From: Phyllobates terribilis | Taxonomy: Eukaryota | Assembly: GCF_046119375.1 (NCBI RefSeq) | Contig: NW_027362767.1 | Location: forward strand, 385,392,001 to 385,456,000 | DNA: 64,000 nt | Direction: 5' to 3' | Shown here: positions 14,101 through 25,157 of the stretch, one piece after another | Position numbering within the stretch: position 1 is the stretch's first letter | Layout: each line of letters opens with the position of its first letter | The notes under the pieces: generated by a model | Seen by the model: only the letters and a program-made list of their open reading frames with translations | Told to the model about the DNA's origin: nothing | Databases searched by the model: none | Made by a program: the position numbers and the translations under genes

Positions 14101-14916
14101 GCTTTTTCATAAAACTTGACAAGCCTCAAGTTCTTTAGATAAAAAAACGTGTTTAGCCACAATATGGCTCACAACACAGAGAACAAATATGAGCAATCAG
14201 TTCAGGATGACACAGGCGCTTTGCAGAAACGCTGGGGTATTTCACCTCTTGAGCTGAGGGATGCTTTGTGTGAGTGTCATTATTGGTCAGGGTCCAGTAG
14301 AAAGATGCGATGTCCACACTGATCTTAGCTTGGCTTAGGAGGTTCATCCAGCTCTGAAATACCGAAGGATTGATGGTGGAGTTTGGAGAATATTCCAGCC
14401 CTTCAGGGATGCTTTCCACTAGAACAATACTAAGATATAAAAAGATGTGATACATATAAAACCACAGCGAGTCTACAGCAAGTAACTACATGTTCACATC
14501 GCTCCGATCTGCCCATACATATGCAATCTGAATGAAGCATACTGGGAATTGTGTCAGCAGCTCATCTCCTGAAAGTGCCAATAATCAGGCATGTCGAAAT
14601 CCGACATGTCCGATACATATTTATTCTGCTGTTAGGGGCAATAAGTAAGCAGGTGATGAAGAATATGCTGAAATAGGATCACAAACTGTTAAATAGTCTC
14701 TTAATAACAAATTAAATGTATAACAGCTATACTAACCTCCACATCATATACATTTATTAGGTGTTCAAATCAGGCCTTTGAGGTGTAAGAGATTTGCTTT
14801 GTTTCTTGCAAGTGCTAAAGAAACATTTTATGAACAGTGAACAAACTGCATCAAACATTTCATAAAATCACATGAATTATAAACCTGTGGTGAAAACATA
14901 TATATATATATACATA

Positions 14917-14957
<41 letters not shown>

Positions 14958-16660
14958 CCTAATAAACCTATTTAAAGAAAAACTGAGCTTTCTTCTTGAT
15001 TTTTCATATTTAGCAGGCATTTGATTTGCCTGCAGACTGGTGGGGGTCTGAGTCCTGATACCCTCATACCTGCAGATTTGTGGGGATCTCAGTCCTGATA
15101 CCCTCACACCTGCAGACTGGTGGGGATCTGAGTCCTGACACCCTCATACCTGCAGACTGGTGGGGGTCTGAGTCCCGATACCCTCATACCTACAGATTGG
15201 TGAAGATCTGAGTCCCGATACCCCCATACCTGCAGATTGGTGGAGATCTGAGTCCCGATACCCCCATACCTACAGATTGGTGGAGATCTGAGTCCCGATA
15301 CCCCTATACCTACAGATTGGTGGAGATCTGAGTCCCGATACCCCCATACCTACAGATTGGTGGAGATCTGAGTCCCGATACCCCCATACCTACAGATTGG
15401 TGGAGATCTGAGTCCCGATACCCCCATACCTGCAGATTGGCAAGGGTCAGAGTCCTGATACCCTCATACCTGCAGATTGGCGAGGGGGGGGTTTGTGTCG
15501 TGATACCCTCACCAATCTTGCAACAGACCACCAACGTGAGATGTGCACAGCACGCTGGAGCACACCTACAGACTGCAGTACAGATTCAATTGAAGGAATA
15601 GGGGGCGAAGCATAAAAAGAATATATTTATAGATGTGATTATACATTTTTTTCTCTATCAACCTGATATCAGCTCCAAATTATAAAAGTTTTATTAACAA
15701 AAAGAAAAGAAAAAGGAAAAACATGTCATAAGTTGACTTACTTGCACGGGTCGCTGCAGCTGTTGTCTTGCTTCACCAAGATCTCCATCTTCTCCGTCGA
15801 GCTTGCGCAGAGCAATGGAAACAGCAGAAGCTGAGCAGCCATGAGACAGAAGAGTACAGTGACCACGGTGGCAATGATCAATGCACACTGATAGTACTGC
15901 AAGAAAGAGAATATACAGGTTATTCTACCAGTCATACCAAAACAGACAGTGCCAAGAAAACCCCCAAAAAAGTGCAGCACAAATATGTTGGAACTTTTTT
16001 TAGCCCATGTAATGTAGCAAAAAGCGATAAAAAGAAGAAGTCTACACAAAGAAAAATAACCAAAAATTTGCTACCTAGGGTGTATGGATCCATTTTAATA
16101 CACGCGCCAATAGCTTTCTAGATGCAAACGGTAAATGTACAGTGCAAACACCATGCAAGCACTTAATAAAAAAAGTACAGACTAATGAAGCCTCCTGTAT
16201 ACAATGCTGTGTGCACACAGAGTTTTCCTTTACCAATCCCCCAGTTATACAAGTTTGAGCTTCGTGAGTAGACATACCCTGCGAGCACTGCTCTGTAAAT
16301 GGCCCATATATACCAGATGTTCTTCTGCCTCCTCCGGGGAGGAAATCTGGGGGAAAAAAACACACACCACCACATAAGTACTGTGATATTCCTTAGATCT
16401 ACCAACGATAAATCAAAAATAACACTCATAATTCATCATTTGTTTTGACAGATAAATGTTGGATGTCAGAAAACAGAGCAGAGGTAAAAAGATGGAACGT
16501 TTCCCTAATTAAGCTTATATTCACACACGGACGATTTCTGTCTGGATTTGTGTGCAGAAAATCTGTAGAACATTACGCTAGCACCAAAGTGGATGAGATA
16601 TTATCAAATGTGTGCATTAAAGTAAGTACTCACTGGCTTGTAGACAACTTTTGGTTTCAT
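2305..16660 (-). CDS. PLD3: Phospholipase D3 / 5'-3' exonuclease PLD3, multi-exon, 3'-partial in this window
   Basis: Ten GT-AG exons with consistent phases join to 1291 nt: 16660-16634, 16346-16278, 15896-15742, 14429-14246, 13599-13479, 13070-12943, 12740-12540, 12434-12295, 7958-7793, 2404-2305. The translation begins MKPKVVYKP, has one TM segment and two HxKxxxxD motifs ([16 protein letters not shown]), and matches vertebrate PLD3 as I recall it. The last exon (GTSNWS...) was not found in 1-2304. Confidence 0.97.
2798..7509. mobile_element. Large non-autonomous piggyBac-type element (TTAA TSD; CCC/GGGG termini)
   Basis: TTAA-tccc-TTAA at 2794-2805 and gTTAA-gggg-TTAA at 7501-7513; no transposase ORF; internal ~395-bp repeats. 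Superfamily inferred from terminus type. Confidence 0.72.
2806..3174. mobile_element. T2/Kolobok-type fold-back MITE
   Basis: TTAA TSDs at 2802-2805 and 3175-3178; AGGGG...CCCT ends; near-perfect ~165-bp arms with a ~45-bp spacer. Confidence 0.88.
7793..7958 (-). CDS. PLD3: PLD3 exon ([27 protein letters not shown]...HYNIEV)
   Basis: 166 bp; AG acceptor at 7960-7959, donor gtatg. Confidence 0.96.
8419..8462. repeat. (TA)n microsatellite; partner tracts at 11132-11168 (with (CA)n) and ~14905-14955
   Basis: Read directly; the first two tracts flank the Tc1 at 8468-11132. Confidence 0.95.
9686..10718. mobile_element. PIF/Harbinger-like MITE (TAA TSD)
   Basis: TIR GGCT(A/G)TGTGCCCACG mirrored at 10701-10718 and followed by TAA; the left junction is micro-inverted (see findings); same family at 27313 and 30623. 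Confidence 0.85.
10005..10185 (-). mobile_element. CR1 LINE 3' end, 5'-truncated
   Basis: Tail (CATAGAAT)x3 on plus, i.e. (ATTCTATG)n, followed by a typical CR1 3' UTR (ggttggaccagatgacc...). Confidence 0.8.
12295..12434 (-). CDS. PLD3: PLD3 exon ([46 protein letters not shown])
   Basis: 140 bp; GT-AG borders; translated by hand (absent from the ORF track). Confidence 0.95.
12540..12740 (-). CDS. PLD3: PLD3 exon ([26 protein letters not shown]...HVYLS)
   Basis: 201 bp; donor gtaagt; followed by a 105-bp intron. Confidence 0.96.
12943..13070 (-). CDS. PLD3: PLD3 exon with first HKD motif ([29 protein letters not shown])
   Basis: 128 bp; GT-AG borders; translated by hand. Confidence 0.97.
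13136..13342. mobile_element. T2-type MITE, degraded
   Basis: TTAA-AGGGGCTGTTAC left end; GTAACATCTCTTTA right end. Confidence 0.55.
13479..13599 (-). CDS. PLD3: PLD3 exon ([40 protein letters not shown])
   Basis: 121 bp; donor gtaaga. Confidence 0.94.
14246..14429 (-). CDS. PLD3: PLD3 exon ([17 protein letters not shown]...[23 protein letters not shown])
   Basis: 184 bp; lies within ORF 14153..14455. Confidence 0.96.
15029..15482. repeat. 40-bp minisatellite, ~11 copies
   Basis: Unit tggagatctgagtcccgatacccccatacctacagattgg; 40-bp period seen at 15241/15281. Confidence 0.93.
15742..15896 (-). CDS. PLD3: PLD3 exon encoding the type II TM anchor ([29 protein letters not shown]...DPC)
   Basis: 155 bp; acceptor tctttcttgcag, donor gtaagt. 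Confidence 0.94.
16278..16346 (-). CDS. PLD3: PLD3 exon, cytosolic tail ([23 protein letters not shown])
   Basis: 69 bp, phase 0-0; acceptor ttttttcccccag, donor gtatgt. Confidence 0.88.
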
Positions 16661-16692
16661 TGTTGACCCAGTACCGTTACGTTGCAAAAGTT
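16634..16692 (-). CDS. PLD3: PLD3 start-codon exon (5'UTR 16692-16661; MKPKVVYKP 16660-16634)
   Basis: ATG at 16660; donor gtgagt; acceptor ttttttcctttag. Confidence 0.9.
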
Positions 16693-16755
16693 CTAAAGGA
16701 AAAAAAGGCAAAAATCATCTACTGTTCAGAATGTCAACATTCAGTCCATCTAAAT

Positions 16756-19168
16756 CATACATGTCAAATCTGTCCCACAGGATGGTTTTATTTCGCCTGT
16801 GACACCACAACCACCACCCCTATGTGTGGCCATTATTCTGTACGGAGGACTATGCGGGGCCCATTATTCTGTATGGAGGACTATGCGGGGGCCATTATTC
16901 TGTATGGAGGACTATGCGGGGGCCATTATTCTGTATGGAGGACTATGCGGGGGCCATTATTCTGTATGGAGGACTATGTGGGGCCCATTATTCTGTATGG
17001 AGGACTATGTGGGCCCATTATACTGTATGGAGGATTATGTGGAGCCATTATACTGTATGGAGGACTATGTGGGGCCCATTATTCTGTATGGAGGACTATG
17101 TGGGCCCATTATTCTGTATGGAGGACTATGTGGAGCCATTATACTGTATGGAGGACTATGTGGGACCATTATACTGTATGGAGGACTATGTGGGGCCCAT
17201 TATTCTGTATGGAGGACTATGCGGGGCTCATTATTCTGTATGGAGGACTATGTGGGGGCATTATTCTGTATGGAGGACTATGTGGGGCCCACTATTCTGT
17301 ATGGAGGACAATGTGGGGCCATTATACTGTATGGAGGACTATGCGGGGCCCATTATTCTGTATGGAGGACTATGCGGGGCTCATTATTCTGTATGGAGGA
17401 CTATGCGGGGCCCATTATACTGTATGAAGGACTATGCGGGGCCCATTATACTGTATGAAGGACTATGCGGGGCCCATTATACTGTATGAAGGACTATGCG
17501 GGGCCCATTATACTGTATGAAGGACTATGCGGGGCCCATTATACTGTATGGAGGACTATGCGGGGCCCATTATACTGTATGGAGGACTATGCGGGGCCCA
17601 TTATACTGTATGGAGGACTATGCGGGGCCCATTATACTGTATGGAGGACTATGCGGGGCCCATTATACTGTATGGAGGACTATGCGGGGCCCATTATACT
17701 GTATGGAGGACTATGCGGGGCCCATTATACTGTATGGAGGACTATGCGGGGCCCATTATACTGTATGGAGGACTATGCGGGGCCCATTATACTGTATGGA
17801 GGACTATGCGGGGCCCATTATACTGTATGGAGGACTATCCGGGGCCCATTATACTGTATGGAGGACTATGCGGGGCCATTATACTGTATGGAGGACTATG
17901 AGGGGCCATTATACTGTATGGAGGACTATGTGGGGCCCATTATTTTGTATGGAGGACTATGTGTGGCCATTATACTGTATGGAGGACTATGTGGGGCCCA
18001 TTATACTGTATGGAGGACTATGTGGGGCCCATTATACTGTATGGAGGACTATGTGGGGCCCATTATACTGTATGGAGGACTATGTGGGGCCCATTATACT
18101 GTATGGAGGACTATGTGGGGCTCATTATACTGTATGGAGGACTATGTGGGGCCATTATACTGTATGGAGGACTATGTGTGGCCCATTATTCTGTATGGCG
18201 GACTATGTGTGGCCCATTATTCTGTATGGAGGACTATGTGTGGCCCATTATTCTGTATGGAGGACTATGTGGGGTACATTATACTGTATGGAGGACTATG
18301 TGGGGTACATTATACTGTATGGAGGACTATGTGGGGTACATGATACTGTATGGAGGACTATGTGGAGCTCATTATTCTGTATGGAGGACTATGTGGAGCT
18401 CATTATTCTGTATGGAGGACTATGTGGGGCTCATTATTTTGTATGGAGGACTATGTGGGGCTCATTATTTTGTATGGAGGACTATGTGGGGCTCATTATT
18501 TTGTATGGAGGACTATGTGGGGCTCATTATTTTGTATGGAGGACTATGTGGGGCTCATTATTCTGTATGGAGGACTATGTGGGGCTCATTATTCTGTATG
18601 GAGGACTATGTGGGGCTCATTATTCTGTATGGAGGACTATGTGGGGCTCATTATTCTGTATAGAGGTTTATGTGGGGTCCATTATACTGTATGGAGGACT
18701 ATGTGATTCCATTATTCGTCTGTATGGAGGACTATGTGGGGCTCATTATTCTGTATGGAGGACTATGTGGGCTCATTATTCTGTATGGAGGACTATGTGG
18801 GGCTCATTATTCTGTATACAGGACTATGTGGAGCTCATTATTCTGTATAGAGGTTTATGTGGGGTCCATTATACTGTATGGAGGACTATGTGATTCCATT
18901 ATTCGTCTGTATGGAGGACTATGAGGGGCTCATTATACTGTATGGAGGACTATGAAGGGCTCATTATACTGTATGGAGAACTATGTGGCGCTCATTATTC
19001 TGTATGGAGGACTATGTGGGGCCCATTATTCTGTACGGAGGACTATGTGGCGCTCATTATACTGTATGGAGGACTATGTGGCGCTCATTATACTGTATAC
19101 TGGTTGGCCCGTAACTTTATCCAAGTTTTTCATTTTGGCCCTCTGTGTGTTTGAGTTTGACATCCCTG
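16756..19168. mobile_element. Non-autonomous hAT element carrying a minisatellite
   Basis: Imperfect TIRs CATACATGTCAAA / TTTGACATCCCTG; 8-bp TSD atctaaat (16748-16755) vs atctaaag (19169-19176). Confidence 0.72.
16821..19097. repeat. 31-bp minisatellite, ~73 copies
   Basis: Unit ggcccattatactgtatggaggactatgcgg, with blocks of variant units; explains the long spurious ORFs at 16651-19218. Confidence 0.97.
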
Positions 19169-19559
19169 ATCTAAAGGATCCGGTCAATGATGTGCGGTTT
19201 GATGAGTATTCGGCTTAGTAATAGGTCGTCTAATATTTAATATCAGCCAAATGTGTGGTCACTAATTTCCGCAGCTCCTGACCACAATTGTTCCTCCCGT
19301 TGCTGATGTGCTCCTTGTTTTCAGGGTAGGGGCTGTATGTACAACCCCCACAGATTGCAGAAGTTACTGAAGGTCAAGCTGTGTAATCAAATTTTAGACA
19401 GAAGACAGGCATGTGACTAGTCACCGCGATTCACAAGACTTCTTTTTTGATGATTTTCTAACTATTCAGGAACATTCAGCTAGATCTGGATTCTAATGTT
19501 CGGCAACTTTTTTGACGATGACAGCAGTCATGTTCCACGGAAGACAGGCGGCTTTCAAT

Positions 19560-19880
19560 TTAAGAAGACTTGTAAAAAAATATCACAAAGGGCAAAGATT
19601 CAGTGAGCTGTTCTAAATCATTATCAAAATACTTTGGTCAAGGCAGAGTGGCTCGTCGGAGCCCCTTGTTTGTACCCGACAAGCTCTACCCTATCCAGGT
19701 TCTCAACCTCAACAAGTGGGTACTTGGATGTAATACATGTGTTGACTTGGAACGTCTGAGGATGGTTTCACGCGTTCACAGCAAGAATATAGATCACAAT
19801 ATATGGACTGGCCAAAGGTCTCCTGACCTGAACTCAAGAACCTCTTATGATACTTTTAGAAGGTCAGATAATTGAGGAAC
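19560..19880 (+). mobile_element. Old Tc1 transposase remnant
   Basis: gactggccaaaggtctcctgacctgaactcaa (~19807-19838) resembles the [19 protein letters not shown] segment; the rest is heavily decayed. Confidence 0.35.
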
Positions 19881-21087
19881 ACTCATTCTTGACTATCAAG
19901 GCTTAAACAGGCTGGCAGGCTTCCAACGAACCTCACTGGGTGCAATGTTTTTTTTTTCTTTTGCTAGCTTAAAAATCTTCATTCTCAGCAGTACATCGTC
20001 TTGTGTAGACTGGGGACATGTGCTCCCGAGAACAATGATATTCTATGCACAATGTAGGGACAGTTCTGCAAGTGTAAAAGTGGGGTGGGTCGGTCTGTGC
20101 AGGCCATTAAACAATCACTGATTAACTTGTATAATGCCAATCGGCGGTCATTTAACAGCCACAGTCGCCTTCTGTAAACCCAGCATAGGTATATAGGAGT
20201 CCATGGAGATCAGGTTAGCAGACCTGAGGCCATATAAATGATGGATGTGTGATCCTTTTTTTTTTCTCAGGAGACAAGCTGCCACCAAAGGCGTTTGACA
20301 GCTGCTTAATCCCCTCTCCGCAATGAAGTCACATACAGGCTCGACCAGACAGAGCAGGAATGCAATAGTAGATGGTGGTTCAGGAGAAAGGGGCACAAAC
20401 CAACACCTACTGAAGGTGTATAGGCCCCTGTAGGAGGACCATATACATTATATATCTGTTCACTAAACCAACAGATGCCACAATACACATGTATAGAGAT
20501 AAGGTGCTGCCAGATAAGGTGCTGCCAGACACTTCGGATGGCAGCTTCTCTACCCTGACAAAAGGATCAGGTATATTGAAATCCAACTTCCCAATCCTTC
20601 TCTCATATGATATCTGGGGGGGGGGGGGGGGAATTAGTTGCTCCCCACCATGTACATTAAATACTGGTGGCGATTAGGGATTTAGGAGCGTTTGGCATAT
20701 TTAAGTCATAATATGGACTACTCTGGTGAATAACTTCCAGCACAGATAACACTCAGGACTTGTTGCATTTGATCACTTTTGAGGCTACAGATCTGCTCAA
20801 GTCACAAAATAGGAATTGCAACCAATTTCCCCATCACATGCTATGTTCGTGGTTTCCATAATGCGAGGCCGAGCAGCAGGATACTGACCTACATTGCAGA
20901 GTTGTGATTCATATGGGCGAGGTGTTCAACAGGTTTCAGGTAGGCCAAGGATAATGAGGACTGTCCTAAATAAATCAGGGGATGAGCTCTGACATGGGGA
21001 ATTCAATTATTTTATATTTGCATGTATAGACACTGCTGCGAATTATCAATGGATTACAACCTTAAATGTCAGCAAATCCTATACATA

Positions 21088-22718
21088 CAGTGGGTACGGA
21101 AAGTATTCAGACCCCTTTAAATTTTTCACTCTGTTTCATTGCAGCCATTTGGTAAATTCTAAAAAGTTCATTTTTTTCTTATTAAAGTACACTCTGCACC
21201 CCCATCTTGACTGAAAAAAACAGAAATGTAGAAATTTTTGCAAATTTATTAAAAAAAAACAAACTGAAATATCACATGGTCATAAGTATTCAGACCCTTT
21301 GCTCAGTATTGAGGAGAAGCAGCCTTTTGAGCTAGTATACCATGAGTCTTCTTGGGAATGATGCAACAAGTTTTCCACACCTGGATTTGGGGATCCTCTG
21401 CCATTCTTCCTTGCAGATCCTCTCCAGTTCCGTCAGGTTGGATGGTGAACGTTGGTGGACAGCCATTTTCAGGTCTCTCCAGAGATGCTCAATTGGGTTT
21501 AGGTCAGGGCTCTGGCTGGGCCAGTCAAGAATGGTCACAGAGTTGTTCTGAAGCCACTCCTTTGTTATTTTAGTTGTGTCCTTAGGGTCATTGTCTTGTT
21601 GGAAGGTGCACCTTCGGCCAAGTCTGAGGTCCAGAGCACTCTGGCAGAGGTTTTCATCCAGGATATCTCTGTACTTGGTGGCATTCATGTTTCCTTCAAT
21701 TGCAACCAGTCGTCCTGTCCCTGCAGCTGAGAAACACCCCCACAGCATGATCCTGCCACCACCATGTTTCACTGTTGGGATTGTATTGAGCAGGTGATGA
21801 GCAGTGCCTGATTTTCTCCACACATACCGCTTAGAATTATCACCATAAAGTTCTATCTTTGTCTCATCAGACCAGACAATCTTAATTCTCATAGTCTGGG
21901 AGTCCTTCATGTGTTTTTGAGCAAACTCTATACGGGCTTTCATATGTCTTGCACTGAGGATAGGCTTCCGTCGGGCCACTCTGCCATAGAGGCCCGACTG
22001 CTGGAGGGCTGCAGTGATAGTTGACTTTGTGGCACTTTCTCCCATCTCCCTACTGCATCTCTGGAGCTCAGCCACAGTGATCTTGGGGTTCTTCTTTACC
22101 TCTCTCACCAAGGCTCTTCTCCCACGACTGCTCAGTTTCGCTGGATGGCCAGGTCTAGGAAGACTTCTGGTGGTCCCAAACTTTTTCCATTTAAGGATTA
22201 TGGAGGCCACTGTGCTCTTAGGAACCTTGAGTAAAGCAGAAATTATTTTGTAACCTTTGTCAGATCTGTGCCTTGCCACAATTCTGTCTCTGAGCTCCTT
22301 GAGCAGTTCCTTTTGAGCTCATCATTCTCATTTGCTCTGACATGCACTGTGAGCTGTGAGGTATTATATAGACAGGTGTGTGCCTTTCCAAATCAAGTCC
22401 TATCAATTTAATTAAACACAGCTGGACTCCAATGAAGAAGTAGAACCATCTCAAGGAGGATCACAAGGAAATGGACAACGTGTGACTTAAATATGAGTGC
22501 CTGAGCCAAGGGTCTGAATACTTATGACCATGTCATATTTCAGTTTTTCTTTTTTAATAAATTTGCAAAAATATCTACATTTCTGTTTTTTTTTCAGTCA
22601 AGATGGGGTGCTGAGTGTACTTTAATGAGAAAAAAATGAATTTTAGAATTTACCAAATGGCTGCAATGAAACAAAGAGTGAAAAATTTAAAGGGGTCTGA
22701 ATACTTTCCGTACCCACT
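21088..22718 (-). mobile_element. Full-length Tc1 (IR/DR type, ~210-bp TIRs, TA TSD)
   Basis: TA|CAGTGGGTACGGAAAGTATTCAGACCCC ... GGGGTCTGAATACTTTCCGTACCCACTG|TA; 1631 bp. Confidence 0.96.
21332..22330 (-). pseudogene. Tc1 transposase, near-intact
   Basis: 315-aa ORF with HTH and DD34E ([22 protein letters not shown]); frameshifts just after the start (~22310) and in the last codons (~21335). Confidence 0.9.
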
Positions 22719-22792
22719 GTAGTAGCCCCAATGTCTGAATATGGCTTCATTATGGTGTCCGGCTCTGAAGTCACTACATACATTACATTTAA

Positions 22793-23102
22793 AGGGGTTG
22801 TCTTGCTGAATGGTGGTGGTCCGAGCGCTGGGACCTGCACCGATCGTTAGGCGTGCACACTGCTGCTCCAGTCTAACAGCCGATCCACTCATTTCCTATC
22901 GGGCTACTTAGCGCTATGCTACGCTTTTCCAGCAGCCACATTAAGAATGAATGGAGGGGCAATCGGGCATCCGACCTGCTGCTTCTTTTTGTAACGGGGA
23001 TTATAAAACTTCCCCTTTCTGCTGATCGGTGCAGGTCCCAGTGCTTGGACCTCCACCGATCAGTAAGTAATCACCTACCCCACATTTGCACTGGACAACC
23101 CT
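22793..23102. mobile_element. T2/Kolobok-type MITE
   Basis: TTAA|AGGGGTTGTC ... GACAACCCT|TTAA with internal inverted ggacctgcaccgatc arms. Confidence 0.85.
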
Positions 23103-24824
23103 TTAACTCTACTGAGAGCAAGTCGCCCATCTCTATAAGCTGGCACTGGATAATGGGTACCTGGTGACATACGCGGTGAGCACCCATGTATTCAAAAGAG
23201 GCAATCGTTATGGTTTCTCAGCCAATAATTCAGCATATAAATTCCCTGAAATCACTACTGGGTGCAGTCATGCACTTTTTTTTTAATTATTATTTACACC
23301 AATTGTGCAAGTATATGACTGCAACATGTGAACAGACCCATCCAAGTAATCTTACACTGTATTTTTTTCCAACTTTTTTACAGCAATTTTCATAATCACA
23401 GTGAAAAGGAGCATATATGCAACAACTGAAGCGAAAAAATAAATAAATTAAAAAAGAGATATATATTTATATAATCTTGGACTGGTTTCACACCAGGAGT
23501 ACGGACAACAATGTTTGGACCAAGTGAGGGTCTCATGACCAGATCTCAATGGCCACAAGACGTGCGGCCGCCCCAGACATCGCGGTCCATGCTCAGACCG
23601 TGAATGTCGGATATGTGGGACCAGCATGTTAGGATCGCATGGAACGGCTGCTACATGCGGCCATGCGATCTCTTATTCTACCCTTCCTCTAGAGAAGAAT
23701 GTACACATACCTATAACTTATTAACCCCTCAAAGAGGTTGTCCAACTATCCCCCCCACCCCCCGAAAGAAAAAAAGAAAAAATTGGTAGAGAACAAATAC
23801 GGTAAATACGGTGACATTCCGACATAGGGACATGCTGCAACCAATCACTGGCTGTGGCAGTGATCGGTGGCGTCTGATCTCAGAGCGGCTACTTTTATTT
23901 TCCAAAGGGCTTCTAAAAAAAACCTAAATAAATAAGAGATAGCAACTTCAGAAAATTAGTCTAATAGCAGAGAGGGCAGCAGAAAGGACATTTGGGTGCT
24001 GGATGTCAGTTAACCTGGGCTGGGGTACTCAGATATATGGTGAGGGCAACATATTTAACCCTTTATCCCCGGCGAAAGAAAGCCTGGCCAGAGCTATAAC
24101 AGAACACAGGACACTTATTATTATTGCTGCACAGTCTTCTTATTCACATCGGATATTATGGGGAGCTGCTCCCCGTTTTTCCTGCAAGTTTTTTTTTTCC
24201 CCATGAAGATCCGAGGACACTTCACCTTTCCCCTAAGGGCCGTTCAGATATAAGTATATAGCAAGGTAGACTCCACATTGTTTACCAAGGACGTACAAGC
24301 CGCGCTGACATGTCGTAATACCTCCCGCTCATAGACCTGCGCACACTGTATTGTGAAATACAGAACTCCTATAATGTGTCAGTATCAGGGGAGTTGCTGA
24401 GAACTGGAGAGATGTAACTGAAGACTATATAGTGACTATGGAGTAGGGTTGTTGCTTTTTTTGTTTGTTTGTTTGTATATTTTCCTATAATACTTTAGAA
24501 CATTACAATAAATTGGCTGATAACAGGAAACAATAGATATCTTTTTTACCCCCCAACATATTAAGTGGAGACCAGACAAACAGTAATTTACTGCAGTTTT
24601 GCAATATGTAATCAACTGCAACTTACAGACCAAGACAAATATCCAATGATTCTGGGAAAGATTCATCATTTGCAAGTTTTATAAGTAATATTTTTGGTCT
24701 CCTTTCTTTTTTTTCACTGGCAAAAAAAGAGCACGATGTCGGAATAGTTTACTTTAAATTAAAATGTATTTATTTTTTGCTCTTTTACTGTATCTGTGCC
24801 TTTTTGACCACATCACTAAGCATG

Positions 24825-25157
24825 TAAAGACCCCATACACATTAGAATAATTTCGACCGGATCCACCGTTATTGACGGGTGCAGCAGACACTCTAATGTG
24901 TATAGGGACGTCGGCTGACTGATCGTCAGGGAAGGTGTCGATTGGACATGTCCGAATTCAGACTGACGATCACTTTGTTCCCCTGAAGATGATCCGCCGG
25001 CAAAGATGTCGACCAGTGTTTTCATTTCATAGCGAACACAGGTGATTTGTGCGAGTGCTTCCGTGTATGGGGGAGACGGCCGAGATGGCTGGCGAAGCGA
25101 ATGACTGCCCAAAGCGTTGTTCAGCCAACAGCCATCTAATGTGTATGACCGGCTTTA
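24825..25157. mobile_element. Palindromic MITE (Harbinger-like TIR CCCCATACACATTAGA)
   Basis: Inverted termini; a short derivative lies at 53913-53982. Confidence 0.65.

Noticed and set aside
16821-19097. CRISPR-like periodic array (also 55993-56429, 60650-61411, 62890-63701)
   Set aside because: Units are contiguous with no unique spacers, there are no cas genes, and the context is eukaryotic and intron-containing.
16651-19218. Many long overlapping ORFs (up to 465 aa)
   Set aside because: They are translations of a stop-poor 31-bp minisatellite in all frames, lie antisense within a PLD3 intron, and show no protein-like complexity.
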